In this document: piece by piece, positions 12,520 to 25,480 of the stretch
Position numbering within the stretch: the first letter of the stretch is position 1
Layout of the letters: each line of letters opens with the position of its first letter
Source: Carcharhinus amblyrhynchos
Taxonomy: Eukaryota
Assembly (NCBI GenBank): GCA_965287045.1
Contig: OZ336897.1
Location: 9,610,001-9,674,000 of the forward strand
DNA: 64,000 bases
Direction: 5' to 3'
The notes under the pieces: generated by a model
What the model was told of the DNA's origin: nothing
What the model saw: only the letters and a program-made list of their open reading frames with translations
Databases searched by the model: none
Translations under genes and position numbers: made by a program

Positions 12520-13225
12520 CTCAACAACGTATATTTATAAAGCACTTGTAACGTCCGAAGGTGCTTCACAAAAATGTCACTGAACCACATAAGGAATTGT
12601 TGGGGTGACTTTTACCTTCACACCAGCCACGGGAATCAGGGCAGGTGAGGGGTGGACCATGGAAAGGGCGGAATTTTCTGGTTTCAAGGATAGCGAGGCC
12701 AGAAAATCCTGCCCATTAGGTCAGATGGCTGGAAGCTTGGTCAAAAGTTTTATTATGTCAAAAGCACCATATAAATGTTGTTTAAGAAGATTAATATACA
12801 AGTGCATCAGTCAGTAGATACACCACTTCCTACGTCTGTGCAGCCTCATTAAAGTTTAAGGAGTGTCTTAAAGGAGGAAAGTGAGGTGGAGAGGTGGAGG
12901 GAGGGAATTCCAGAGTTCAGTGCCTGAGAACTGAAGGCAGTACCACCAAGTGTCATGATTAAAACTAGGAATGCTCAAGATGCCAGAGTTAGAGGAATAC
13001 AGATATCTGAGTGTTTGGGGGGGGGGGGGGGGGGGGGGCGGGGCGGGGGGCGGCGCGCTGAAAGAGATTACAGAGTTGGGGGAAAGTGAAGCTGGAAAAG
13101 GTTACAAAACAAGGATGAGAATTTTAAAATCAGGACCCTGGTTAATGTGACCAAAAAAGGTGATTGGGAATGGGATTTATTGCAACTTAAAACATGGGCA
13201 GAGTTTTGGATGATCTCAAGTTTCA
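12520..13225 (-). mobile_element. Decayed L2-like LINE 3' region containing a MITE-like insert (12602-12714) and a poly-G run
   Basis: GGAGGAAAGTGAGGTGGAGAGG...GGGAATTCCAGAG...ATGCTCAAGATGCCAGAG recurs at ~29500-29750. The L2 assignment is from recalled motifs. Confidence 0.5.
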
Positions 13226-13285
13226 TCTTGCATGTGAGCACACTAACTGCACATAATGGGAGCCTGCTTATGTACTAACTGTACT

Positions 13286-14477
13286 CATAAGAACATAAGA
13301 AATAGGAGCAGGAGTAGGCCATCTAGCCCTTCGAGCCTGCCCCGCCATTCAATAAGATCATGGCTGATCTGTTGTGGCTCAGTTCCACTTTCCCGCCCTC
13401 TCCCCATAACCCTTAATCCCCTCTCTTATCAAGAACCCATCAACCCGCTTCTTAAAAATATTTAGCGAGGCAGCCTCCACCACTTCAACGGGCAGAGAAT
13501 TCCAGAGATTCACCACCCTTTGAGTGAAGAAGTTCCTCCTCAACTCCGTTCTAAACCGCCTCCCCTTTATCTTGAGGCTGTGCCCCCTAGTCCTACTGTC
13601 TTTTTTGAGCAGGAAGAGTCTCTCCACCTCTATCCTATCCATCCCATTCATCATCTTATACGTCTCAATGAGATCTCCCCTCATTCTTCTAAACTCTAAC
13701 GAGTACAAGCCTAGTTTATTCAGCCTCTCCTCATAGCTCAATCCCCTCAACTCCGGTATCAGCCTAGTAAACCTCCTCTGCACTCCCTCCAGGGCCAAAA
13801 TATCCTTGCGCAGGTGCGGCGCCCAAAACTGCACACAGTACTCCAGCTGCGGCCTCACCAATGCCCTATACAGCTGCAGCAAGACCTCCCTACTTTTATA
13901 TTCAATCCCCCTCGCTATGAAGGCCAGCATCCCATTCGCCTTCCTGACCACCTGCTGCACCTGCAAGCTGGGTTTTTGCGACTCATGCACAAGGACCCCG
14001 AGATCCCTCTGCACCGTCGCCTGCTGCAGTTTTTCGCCACGTAAGTAATAGTCCTTCCTACCATTCTTCCTACCAAAGTGGACCACCTCACACTTGCCAA
14101 CATTAAATTCCATTTGCCATTTCCTGGCCCATTCGCCCAGCCTATCTAGATCCTTCTGCAGACTCTCCACACCCTCCGCACAATTTGCCTTTCCCCCAAT
14201 CTTGGTGTCATCAGCAAATTTCGACACCCTGCACTCGGTTCCCTCCTCCAGATCATCTATATAAATGGTAAATAGCTGAGGCCCCAGCACCGACCCCTGG
14301 GGCACCCCACTAGTCACCAACCGCCAATCCGAATAGCACCCATTGACCCCCACTCTCTGCCTCCTATTTGACAACCAATCCTCTATCCACGCTAACACCC
14401 TACCCCCAACTCCATGTCCCCTGACCTTCTGCAATAACCTCTTGTGAGGTACCTTGTCAAACGCCTTCTGAAAATCA
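13286..14477 (-). mobile_element. Young 5'-truncated CR1 (HER1-like) LINE with uninterrupted RT C-terminal reading frame
   Basis: ORF 13379..14551 encodes DFQKAFDKVPH, SGVPQGSVLGPQLF, FADDTK, RPQLEYCVQFW and TRGH without stops; 3'UTR with (ATGTTCTT)n tail. Confidence 0.96.
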
Positions 14478-14579
14478 ATGAATATTATGAACAATTTAAA
14501 ACTAGTCTTGGCACAGGGGCTTGTGTGACTGGTCAGTGGACACAAGGTCATGTTACAGTATTCATGACAATTGGCAATG

Positions 14580-14752
14580 ATATAAAATCATAGAGTCCTT
14601 TAAGTGCAGGAGGCCACCATTTGGCTAATCAAGCTTGCACAACAACATTCCCACCCAGGCCTTCTCCCCATAACCACACATTTACCCTGCTAATCCTCCT
14701 GACACTAAGAGTCAATTTAGCATGGCCAGTCAACCTAGCCCACACATCTTTG
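14580..14752 (-). mobile_element. HE1-like SINE 3' half
   Basis: Similar to 11510-11700. Confidence 0.75.
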
Positions 14753-15436
14753 ATAATACCAATGCAACCCACTACATATCCAATGAGGGTGATTAATCAC
14801 TTGTCCCTCTCTATTTCTAATGCAGGCACTTGGACTTAGGAAACATTCTTAGCTCCATAGAGGAGGCTGGGGAAAGAGATCCAAGCGTGCCTTGTACCTA
14901 GCTGAGGTACATTGCACAAGGAAAACTACAAGAACGGTATAACGCAAGTTGAAAATAAAACTGATGATGTCTCAGCCTGGCGGTTTTTTGAATGTCAATT
15001 ACAATGAGACCTGACCATCGGTTCTCCCCAATCTCCAACAGTCACTGATGGAGTGTGGGTGGTAGGGAGATAGCAGCATAGAACTTGCAGAGAGAATGGC
15101 AGAATCAGGTTGGCCAAGGGTTGTGATTGCTCGAGGATACTATTTTTTCTTTCATTAATTACCTTTGAAAAATACAGCCAGGGCTTTAGGAAACATTATT
15201 TCGTGTCAAGCTCTGGAGCAGATTCCTGAGAAAAATGCTAATGAGATAGATTTATTTTAGAAATGAACATTTTAGGGTTGGAGACATAAGTGCAGCATGT
15301 TTAGATAGAACAGGTGGCTTTGGACATATGTGGTTCCCAAAGCTATTCAGTACTGCATTTTTCTCATACCATATCTGGGTTTAGTTTTAGTGTGGATTAA
15401 TTGATCTTCATTGCTATGGTAGTTCACAATTCCATA

Positions 15437-15557
15437 GACCGGAATTTTACCATCCTGCTGCCACGGGAATTGGAGTGGACAATGGGAAAATCCATTGACC
15501 TTGAACAGGATTTGAGAGTTTTGGGACAAGCGAGGCTGTAAAGTCCCCCCCCGCCCC
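15437..15557. mobile_element. MITE-like inverted-repeat element
   Basis: GACCGGAATTTTACC...GTAAAGTCCCCCCC termini; core similar to the reverse complement of 4593-4720. Confidence 0.55.
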
Positions 15558-16122
15558 ATTATCATCGTACTTGCACCCATCAGGGTTGTACAAAGTGAAC
15601 CATTTGGATTTTGTTTGGCCTTTTGTCCAACAATTCCTGTAGTCCTTTGACAAAAGCTGCTCTGTGCAACAGAAATGTTAAATGAGTCAAAGGGGATAGC
15701 TGCTATATTGAATCAGGAGCTGGGATCTTGGTTTCTCATTAATCCCCTGGATGAAAGTTTCCTTTTATACTGATTTCAAACATGTATAGGAGGGCTACCC
15801 ACATGGGTCTTGATAAAAATAGCTTTTCAGCATAAAATTTCTCAAACTGTCAACTTCACTGAGCTTGTAAGATGACTCCAGTGGAAAATGGAAACATCAT
15901 ATTAAAATTAGAGAGAGTAGTCTTTAGTGTTTAAGGTTAATACACATCAGAATAGCATAGGGAACTTTGGTTAGTAGGTGGCTCAATATTTCTTATCCAA
16001 ATGGATTCTGGACAACTTAGTACTGTAGTCCCCAGTGTTGAAGACTCATTTCTTGATGAACACAGTCCTGGATATCTCTTGTTTGTCTCTGTTGGGGCAG
16101 AAGCTCAACAACTTTCCAATGG

Positions 16123-16468
16123 AAAGGCAATAGCCTAGTTTATTGCTAGACCATTAATTCGGAAACTCAACCAGTGTTCTGGGAATTTGGGCTCAAATCC
16201 CATCACGGCAGAGTGGAATCTGCATTCAATAAAAGAAATCTGGAATTAAAAATCTACTGATGCCTATGAAACAATTGTTGGAAAAACTTATCTGGTTCAC
16301 TCATGTCCTTTAAAGAAAGCAACCTGCCATCTTTACCTGGTCTGGCCTACATGTGACTCCAGAGCCACAGCAACGTGGTTGACTCTCAACTGCCTTCGGG
16401 CAAGTAGGAACGGGCAATAAATGCTGGCCAGCCAGTAACACCCAAGTTCCATGAATGAATAAAAAAAA
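16123..16468 (+). mobile_element. tRNA-derived SINE (second family)
   Basis: Matches 8135-8492, including CCTGGTCTGGCCTACATGTGACTCCAGAGCCACAGCAA and the ATGAATGAATAAAA tail. Confidence 0.8.
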
Positions 16469-17456
16469 TTTCAAAGGTTTGGATTAAATTATTCTTAAAT
16501 GTGTGAAGTTCAGACCTTATAATAGTGTGTACAAAAACAAGCAGGGAACACAAACAGACCTATCGAGTGTTCACTTACTCACTCTTTCCTGGCATAAGCA
16601 AATTGCAATTCCAGCCAAATTTTTGCATTGGACCAGGGAGAAATAATTTGGGTATTGATACAGGATGGTCACATGGTGCCCAATTTACATCTGCATCCAA
16701 CCAAAAGGAAACAAATGGATTGATTAATGCTTTCCCTCAGTGTGGGAATGTCGTAAGAGGGATTTATGTTTTCAGTATCAGTAACGACATTGTTATCTGA
16801 AGCTTTGCAGGCTATTTGTTGGAGAAGTAAAATGCCACGAGCAATGGAATTGTAGCCGGGGGCGGGGGCGGGAATCAGCCATTATATATAGAACACTTTG
16901 AACTGAACCAAGCTTATTCTTTGATTATGAAGCTTTATACAACAAATACACAACACAAACATTGAGAAAGGTTCAGCAAGTCAAATCCTCCTTTGCTACA
17001 AGAATTTTCATTTAAATCCAAGAAATGATGGGCCTTAAAAATGTCACAAATTGTGGTTTGTCAGAAATTATGTAGCTGAAAATTCAAATTTATCACCAAG
17101 ACAACGTATGTACAATTTTTTTTTCTGGCTTGACTCTGATTGTAAATAAATGCCACTGTGGTTGGAAAGGAAATGTGAGCGACTCAACATTTGTTCTTGG
17201 TTGCCAGAAGACATCTGCCAGCAGAAAGCAAAATGTGGCATTCATTTTCCTGCTGGCATCACAGCACTATAAATGCAGCCATTTTGCCTGTACTGAGTAA
17301 ATAATCTTTCCCCCTGCATAGCACTGGGCAACGTCTAGTCACTTTCTAGAATCGCAGAAAGTTGCAATTTTATTTTACTGAACAGCACATCCCTTCCTCT
17401 GGGTTATAGCCTTCTCCATTACCATCCCAATTTCTCACAGCTTGCCCTATTTCAGT

Positions 17457-17613
17457 TCATGATGTGGAGATGCCGGCGTTGGACTGGGGTAAACACAGTA
17501 AGAGTTCTGACAACACCAGGTTTAAGTCCAACCGATTTGTTTGATAGTAAACTCAAGCTTTCCCTCTCTGTCAGGTGAATGAAGACTCAGGTGTTGTCAG
17601 ACCTCTTACTGTA
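17457..17613. mobile_element. Penelope pLTR-derived mini-element (family A)
   Basis: CATGATGTGGAGATGCCGGCGTTGGACTGGGG end and ACAGTAAGAGTTCTGACAACACC...GGTGTTGTCAGACCTCTTACTGT inverted repeat. Confidence 0.72.
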
Positions 17614-18004
17614 TTTCAGTTCAAGGCTTTGTTAAAGTGGCTTTTATCTCCAGTACACAACACACACTTAGCTGCCATTAGTAAGTTTTTGCAACCACTG
17701 TACAGGGGATAAAGCTTTTCACCAGTGACTTCTATTTTGTCTAACAAAATTAAATGAATTTAAAAACCTGCAAGTGTTAGATTCATTTGAAATCTAAACT
17801 TGAAACTCATCTTTGATTTGCAACATAATTCAGTGCAGTACTGGGGAAAATGTGCAATGCTCACAGAGGAGAACAAAAGATTGGGTTTGCTTCCTGAGGT
17901 GGGTTGAAAAGACACAGATGAGGCATTGAAGAAGAAGCAAGTGAGAGAGAAAGAGAGAGGTAGCCATCCCCAGGAACCAGTTCAGCCAGAGGTTGCAGGA
18001 TGAA

Positions 18005-18285
18005 GGTGGCATGGTAGCACAATGGTTAGCACTGCTGTTTCACACCTCCAGGGACCCAGGTTAGATTCCCGGCTTGGGTCACTGTCTATGCATGTCTGCA
18101 TGTTCTCCCCATGTCTGCGAGGGGTTTCCTCTGGGTATTCTAGTTTCCTCACACATTCTGAAAGATGTGCTGGTTTGGTGCATTGACCTGAACAGGCACC
18201 AGACTGTGGCGACTGGGAGAATTTCACAGTAACTTCATTGTAGTGCTAATGTAAGTCTACTTGTGACTAGTAAATAAACATTAAA
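18005..18285 (+). mobile_element. V-SINE variant with alternative 3' tail
   Basis: HE1-like head and central domain, but tail GTGGCGACT...TTTCACAGTAACTTCATTG...CTACTTGTGACTAGTAAATAAAC. Confidence 0.8.
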
Positions 18286-19855
18286 ATAGGAGAGGGGCTG
18301 CCATCTTCAGGAAACAGCTCAGCTAGAGATGAAGTGCTGTTTTCTTTGCTGAACTCAACACCATTCTGGTCACTTAAGTTGTACGGTGTGGTAATCTACA
18401 CTTGACCAATAAACGTATGATTGTTGTTTGGGAAGCAGGGGTCTCAGAAGTATCTGTTTTCTTCATAATCCTAAATCTCCAGTTTAAGATCATGAAGAAA
18501 GCAGATATTTCTGGGTTTTTAGTTTTTGAGGGGTTAAGTTCTTACTGCTAATTTGCTAAAGTATAAAATTGTTCTTTATAGTGTTTTATTACTTTTCTTC
18601 TAAGTTAATAAGTACTTTGTTGTTTAACGTTTCCACAAATGTTTCTTGCTAATATCCAAAAAAACACAGGAAATCAATATTTCAGGAATACTCGCACATA
18701 TCAGTGGAGTTTCATTACACAACTTGGACATAAAAATTGCTTATACATTTATCTACATAATGATCATCATAATTCAAATGCAATTTGCTACTTGATGCAC
18801 TTTGAGATGTCCTATCAACATTGATGGTGACATTTTAAATGTAAATTTCTTATGGTTCCATCCACATGACTAATTAGCAATTATAAATGGTTGCAAATTT
18901 ATATAGCTAGCTGAGCAAATGGGTATATTGTAATACAAATTTGCAAAGATCATGAAAAATGTTAGTGCTTTTCACCCTTCTATCTTATCACAAACCTTTC
19001 TTTTGTTCCTTCCTCCCGGATAATGTTCACTGTTTCTCTGCACAGATGCTGCTGAACCTGAGTATTTCCAGCACTTATTTAACTTCAGATCATCTAATTT
19101 AACAGAGACAAAATAAAAATCAAACTTGGGACTTCTCTGATCTGTTTCAGATCCACACTGGGCAATATATTTAAACTTGAACCCCAGAATGCTCTGCCTT
19201 AATTAATCGAGGCATAGTTTCAAGTTGCTGAACTGGTAATTCAGAGGCCCAGGCTAATGCTCTGGGGACACGGGTTCAAATCCAACCATGGCAGCTTTCA
19301 ACTAGAGGAGTGCTTTGATATTTTAACTACAGTGGGCTCCAGTTGGCAAACGTTACTTGTCTAGATAAATCCGGCAGAATGTGGTCTGTCCAAATCAATA
19401 TGTTAAAATACATATGTTAGTTTCTCGTAACAGTTGATTTGTCTAAATATACTATTGACACATCTAGTTCCTTTCTCTATTTACAGAACTATGCTTGGCT
19501 ATTTTTCCTTGCCTGAGAAGGTAATTCAAGGTTTCTCAATCCATGTACATGCAAAGGGATCTTAGACCAGTAATCATCCTGTGACCTATTTATATATCAT
19601 TTCTAGAAAATGGCAACACTCAGATGGTATTTTGCTTAAATAATAGTTTTGCTAGTGACATTTTAAGAAACTGAATGTTATTGCCAAGTAACAATGAATA
19701 TGGAATTTTAGACAGATAGGACCTAGACACAGTCTTTGTTCAGGAAAATGAAGAATTGTATTTGTAATCTCAGATTTCATGCAAACATTCCACATTTTAT
19801 GCAACAGTCTTAAGAAAAACCAACAGAGCTAGGGACCTTCTTTTTAAGAAAATGT

Positions 19856-19861
19856 TTTATT
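19856..19861 (-). terminator. Candidate distal polyadenylation signal AATAAA
   Basis: Plus strand tttattgtaca = minus TGTACAATAAA (UGUA directly upstream), followed by U/GU-rich sequence. Other AATAAA at 19948-19953, 20096-20101 and 20917-20922. Confidence 0.55.
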
Positions 19862-21663
19862 GTACAACTTCAGTAAGCAAAGATACTCAGCACAGCAAAG
19901 ATTGATCCAATCAATATTTTTATATAAACATAGTTGTATATAGTCATTTTATTTGAAAAAAATTATGAATTCTTGCCGTGTACAAAATGGCAAAGCTGTA
20001 CAACTGTGTGCACATTGTGCTTAACAAATGCAAATCGGTACAGCTCTAATAACACTGCCATGCCCCGTCAACAGGCAACAGTGTTCAGTAAACAGTTTAT
20101 TGCATATCCAACATATGGTTCAAATCCACGTGTAAAAATACAAGTTAAAATGATAAAAAAACACAGGGTGAATGAAAATAGCAGCTTTCAGTGAAAGTCT
20201 TGCACATTTTCCAGACAGGGTACATCGGCACAAAATTTACTATTGTGCTTGTGTGTGACCTGTTTGCATATACCCACCTGCATCTTGCATTTTAATACAT
20301 CCAATAAGCAGAATGATTTGTAATATTACAAGTTATCAACAAGACCTTCTCAGGTGCAGAGCAGTTTGGATGATTTTTTTTGTGTAATGCTTTGGTATTG
20401 ACAACACTTAAGCTCAGAAAAAATATGATTTAGAGCTATGAACATAATTCACTAACATGAAGAGGAAAAGAAACACAGAACAACACATTTTTAATACAAT
20501 ACCATCACCAATCGCTTTACAAATAGGGAAATGAACCATGGGTTGGTGGAAGAAAAAGAGATTCAGCATACAGAACCTTACATCAACAGAAAAGCTTGGC
20601 TAATAAAATAGCAAATGCCAAATATTTCTATGCCCATCCAAATGCCATAGTTAACACCTCTCAAATATATATCATTTAGTTAAATCAAATGGATATCAGT
20701 TTTGCAGAGAAAATGAAAAATCACACTGTTGGACAACTTTCCATCCAACATACCTGTAACTTGATTTGCAAATTAGCTTTACAATCTGATTTGAGCAATA
20801 TACCTACAAATATTGCAGATGGATCTTATTAATACCTGCATCAACACAGGCTCTCTCACTTTTGCAAGATGCAGGGATAACTCAATAAAAGGAGGAGGAG
20901 AGATTGTCTAGTTCCTTTTATTCCATGTTGGTTTGCTGATTTAAAGTAACTGTAATTATTAAGGAACAGCAAAAAAAAAATCAGATCTTATAAAGTCTGC
21001 TCCTTTTCCAACTATAATTAGAATTTGGTGGAATATGAGGAGAGTTGGAAGATGCAACTTCCAAACAACCTCATCCATAATTAAACCAAATGACCACATC
21101 AACACCAAAGCAAACCTCTCAATCCATGCATCAATGCTCCTAACGTCAAAACATTGATTTGGTTCCATGTATTAAAAAAATTAGGTTTAAATAAAGGAAA
21201 CCAAGCAAGATTTCCTTCACCATCATTTCGTCTGTTTCCTATACTAAAGAACAGCAACATAAGAAAACCCAAGTGAGGCTGTTTCCTGATTCTAAATATA
21301 CTCAAGACAATGCATTTCTCCCTTTCCCCAATAACTATTTTGGGTCTATTTGGAGAAGATATGTAACAAATGATAAATACCAGAAAAAAGACATGTTCTG
21401 AATATGGGAGATGTTCTGGCATCAAAACAGTTATGAAAATAGTTTTAGTTTATTTTCACAGTATCCAAATGATTTTGGCATTCAAATCCATTTCTGGGCT
21501 GGTGATATTTTCTTGTCAAATGCACACTAACTTAAAATACAGTAGTATAGCTTTAACATCCATCCCTTCCCTGACCCACTCATACTATTTGTTGATTAAC
21601 AGTTTGGCAGTCCAAGCCTTGAAATTAGAAAAAACAGATAGGCAAATCTGAGATACAAACATA

Positions 21664-21793
21664 GGGCTGAATTCTCCGACCATGCCAGTAATTGGTATTC
21701 TCTGGTTCTGCTGCAGTGAATGGAGATTTGGCTGAGCGCTAAATTCCCAATTTTTACTGGCAGTGGGGCATGAAAGGTTGGAGAATTCCAGCC
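21664..21793. mobile_element. MITE-like palindrome inside the predicted GLCE 3'UTR
   Basis: GGCTGAATTCTCCGACC...GGTTGGAGAATTCCAGCC termini plus an internal GCCAGTAA/TTACTGGC pair. Confidence 0.7.
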
Positions 21794-21805
21794 ACAATAT
21801 ACTAG

Positions 21806-21976
21806 AAATACAAACTGGTCAGTCAGCACCTGCAAAGTTCAGTCAACTGCTACTTTAAGTATTGTTAATCAAAACCAGTGAAAGTGCCACATCTGAAATG
21901 TCCTTGTCAGTAACCTGCGTTTTCTCTTTATGGTCGCTGACCCACTTGTTTTGCAATTCCTGAATTTTCTGTTTTT
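21806..21976. mobile_element. Degenerate palindromic Penelope-like mini-element (family B) in the 3'UTR
   Basis: AGAAATACAAACTGGTCAGTCAGCACC...GCTGACCCACTTGTTTTGCAATTCC...TTTTCTGTTTTT. Confidence 0.5.
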
Positions 21977-23239
21977 AACCAGGCTGTGAATGTTTAAAAT
22001 GCACTATGACAAACAGCTCACTATATCAACAATTCCTTGACATTGTCACACTGCCTATTACGAAGTGAGAGAAGCAATGCCCGAATCACGCAAACACCTT
22101 CAATGCGTTCAAACAAGACTTGAAAAAAATAGTCTAATTGTATGACCATAATCATAAAGTAATTATTGTATTACAATGTGCCCTCAAATAAAAGTTTAAT
22201 GCTAGGAGATTGCTACACAAATCAAATGGAAACAAAAGTGAATGAAGGGCGTGGGTGTAGAAAGTGGTGGAGGCAAAAGAAAGAGTGGAAATGGCACCAA
22301 CTACCATTTGGAACTTATTGATTCCACTGGAAACCAAATTCACCCCTTGCACTCTAATACAAGATTCACTATACATATATACTATACTTGTGCAGTTACA
22401 TTTTAACTTTGTGTTGTGCTTTGCCATGTGCATCAAAAGCTAAATGAGCAATAAGCTTTGAAGGACTTTTTTTTAAATATACAATGAAAAAATATTCTAT
22501 GCCCGTTACAGATGAATATTTAAAGAATACATTTTTACAAAGTTCATGCTACTCAATGTACTTCATAAGAGCAGTCTTGGCCCTAAACAGAAAATAAAAT
22601 GAAAACATGCCAACAAACCACCTTAGGGGTCATTCACAATTTTCAACATTTCATTCAGCATAGAAATTAATACATTAGTTTGGCATTGGGGCTAGGATCA
22701 TAGACAAGGATACAAAGTCTCTGAACAGAAAAGCGTCGAGACTGATGTAACCACTTTAAAAATACACAAACAGTATTTCATCTACTGACAAAAAGGTAAA
22801 TGATTTGATGGCATAACCAAATGGTTGCAAAAACAGACAACGCTGAAGAAAAACAATTCTGAAAACCACAAAGGCACAAGGAAAAGTATATACCTGTAAA
22901 GCAGTGAACGCTGATGACATGTGTGAAGTGCCAGAGAGAGATTTTTAAAGTGTTAAGATCAACAAGCATGCTGAACTGAAAGCTTAATTCAACTCCAATT
23001 AACAAGTGTTTCACTTACAAAAAGACAAACAAAAGGATGTTTAGTCCGGGACTTTTTTTTAACCACTTGATTTTTTTTCCCCCATACAGAATTATTGATT
23101 GTTACACTCAGTGTGCCAAGAGGAAGATGGCAAGGATACAAAAGGTACTATTTGCACACTTGTAAAAATTTTTAAATTAAGGAACCTTTCCTTATATATT
23201 ATATGTATGATTCATAAGATTATAATTTGGCTTTCAGCT

Positions 23240-24264
23240 CTAATTGTGCTTTGCCCTCCCTCCTTTTAAATAGGACTTCCACCTCTTTAAAAATTCCTTA
23301 AAGATAGGTGCATCATCGACTGTGCTCAGCAGTTGCAGCTGGTTGATGTGGGTGGTGTGGTAATCCCAACGTGCCAAGTTTGGAGCTGTACCAAGCATGA
23401 AATGGCGGAGATCGTAGATTGTACCTGAGCCAGTATCATACAATGGAAGCATGGCTTTCAAAGACTCCATCCCACGTTCGTACAGTTTTTTAGCTTCTTG
23501 TCCTAGTTTCTCACCTGCAGTTTCTTTGAGGTCATACAGACCCAGTAGAGAGTATATGAAACCATTCAGAACAAAGGAGCTTGGAACAGTTGGGTATTCT
23601 TCATACCAATCATATTTATTCATAAACACAGCTTTTACCCCATGATCCTCTGACTTGAGGGTATAGGGCACCACTGCCTGCAAGGCTGAACTGAGGTACA
23701 CCTGTTCCTTTGTAAGCAAATATGCTCTTACAAGTGTAGACATGGCTTGGCCTTGTGCCATAGCTGAATACCAGCCAGGCTCCAAAGACTTAAAGCCCTC
23801 ACCAAGCTTTCGTGTTACCATAATTGGCCAACCGCCCTTTTCGTCCTGATTTCTTACCAGCCAATCGCTGGCAGCAAAGAAGGCAGGCATGTGTGCCGTG
23901 GTTGCTATTGTGATGTTGTCAATGAAGCCTTTTCCCTTGGCAACCAGCTTTATGACTTTCTTGGGCATTATTTTAGTCTGCTTTACAGCCTTAGTGTTGG
24001 ATAAGCCAACTCCCTTCTTTAGGTCAGTTACCAGATCTCGAGTGATAGTACTCCAGCTAGTCCGGGGGCCTATACCATAGTAAATATCTTTGTCTTTGAA
24101 GGCTATAAGCTGTGTGTTTGTGACATAGTGAATTGTAAACAGCTGGTTCTTTTCAGTTGTCTCCAGTACCACTGAAATGCTCCCATTTGTTAAGAATTTA
24201 ATATCAAATGAAATGATGAAATCTTTTCCGTTTCCTAACATCAGATAAACACCATCTGAAGATT
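23240..24264 (-). CDS. GLCE: D-glucuronyl C5-epimerase, last coding exon (1025 nt incl. stop), catalytic domain
   Basis: Polypyrimidine tract and tttcag|AA acceptor at 24265/24264. Encodes [44 protein letters not shown] and ends RAKHN-stop. Total CDS 613+243+1025 = 1881 nt = 626 aa. Confidence 0.98.
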
Positions 24265-24439
24265 CTGAAAAGAAAAAAAAAATAAATTGAAACATTTGTA
24301 TGATACTGTGTGTGAGTGTGTGCAGTTTTTATTGAAGTTTTTCTATTAGATTTGTGAAAACATGTACATTCATACTACCAGTTCTATTCTTGACAATCAC
24401 TCAATTTCAGAAAAATATTACTGTAGATGCCATACTTTT

Positions 24440-25480
24440 TTTTAGTTTATTATGTCACAATAGGCTTACGTTAACATTGGAATGAAGTTACTGTGAAAAT
24501 CCCCTAGTCGCCACACTTCGGCGCCTGTATGGGTACGCTGAGGAAGAATTTAGCATGGCCAATGCACTTCTTTCCGACTGTGGGAGGAAACCGGACATCT
24601 GGAGGAAACCCACACAGACATGGGGAGAACGTGCAAACTCCACACAGATAGTGACCCAAGCTGGGAATTGAACACGGGGCGAAAAACTGCAGCAGGTGGC
24701 GGTGCAGAGGGACCTCGGGGTCCTTGTGCATGAGTCGCAAAAACCCAGCTTGCAGGTGCAGCAGGTGGTCAGGAAGGCAAATGGGATGCTGGCCTTCATA
24801 GCGAGGGGGATTGAATATAAAAGTAGGGAGGTCTTGCTGCAGCTGTATAGGGCATTGGTGAGGCCGCAGCTGGAGTACTGTGTGCAGTTTTGGGCGCCGC
24901 ACCTGCGCAAAGATATTTTGGCCTTGGAGGGAGTGCAGAGGAGGTTTACTAGGCTGATACCGGAGTTGAGGGGGTTGAGCTATGAGGAGAGGCTGAATAA
25001 ACTAGGTTTGTACTCGTTAGAGTTTAGAAGAATGAGGGGAGATCTCATTGAGACGTATAAGATGATGAATGGGATGGATAGGATAGAGGTGGAGAGACTC
25101 TTCCCGCTCAAAAAAGACAGTAGGACTAGGGGGCACAGCCTCAAGATAAAAGGGGGGTGGTTTAGAACGGAGTTGAGGAGGAACTTCTTCACTCAAAGGG
25201 TGGTGAATCTCTGGAATTCTCTGCCCGTTGAAGTGGTGGAGGCTGCCTCACTAAATATTTTTAAGACGCGGGTTGATGGGTTTTTGATGAGAGGGGATTA
25301 AGGGTTATGGGGAGAGGGCGGGAAAGTGGAATTGAGCAGCGACAGATCAGCCATGATCTTATTGAATGGCGGGGCAGGCTCGAAGGGCTGGATGGCCTAC
25401 TCCTGCTCCTATTTCTTATGTTCTTATGTTCCCTGGCAATGTGAGACAGCAGTGTGAATCACTGTGCTGCCGTGCTGCCC
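24440..25480 (-). mobile_element. V-SINE variant split by a CR1 insertion (24440-24675 and 25431-25480)
   Basis: CTGGGAATTGAACAC | CR1 | CCCTGGCAATGTGAGACAGCAGTG are contiguous in intact copies. Confidence 0.8.
24676..25430 (+). mobile_element. Young CR1 3' fragment
   Basis: ORF 24696..25301 is nearly identical to the C-terminal half of ORF 13379..14551; same tail. Confidence 0.95.

Larger units (their letters stand above)
19835..23239 (-). other. GLCE: Probable GLCE 3'UTR (~3.4 kb)
   Basis: AT-rich, largely repeat-poor stretch between the stop codon and a cluster of minus-strand AATAAA hexamers. The 3' end is inferred, not demonstrated. Confidence 0.6.

Noticed and set aside
13524-14048. 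Recurrent ORFs MKKFLLNSVL... and MRRPKLHTVLQ... suggesting a multicopy small-protein family
   Set aside because: They are antisense or alternative-frame readings of CR1 copies.
13379-14551. 390-aa ORF as a host or domesticated reverse-transcriptase gene
   Set aside because: It is a 5'-truncated young CR1 copy. The first ~25 codons come from flanking DNA, and near-identical copies occur elsewhere in the window.
17699-18718. Possible solo LTR (TGTA...TACA); a similar LTR-like block at ~1640-3000
   Set aside because: No clear target-site duplication, PBS/PPT or second copy in the window.
24265-24295. N-terminal [10 protein letters not shown] of ORF 23240..24295 as a start or signal peptide
   Set aside because: It is the intronic polypyrimidine tract ahead of the AG acceptor.
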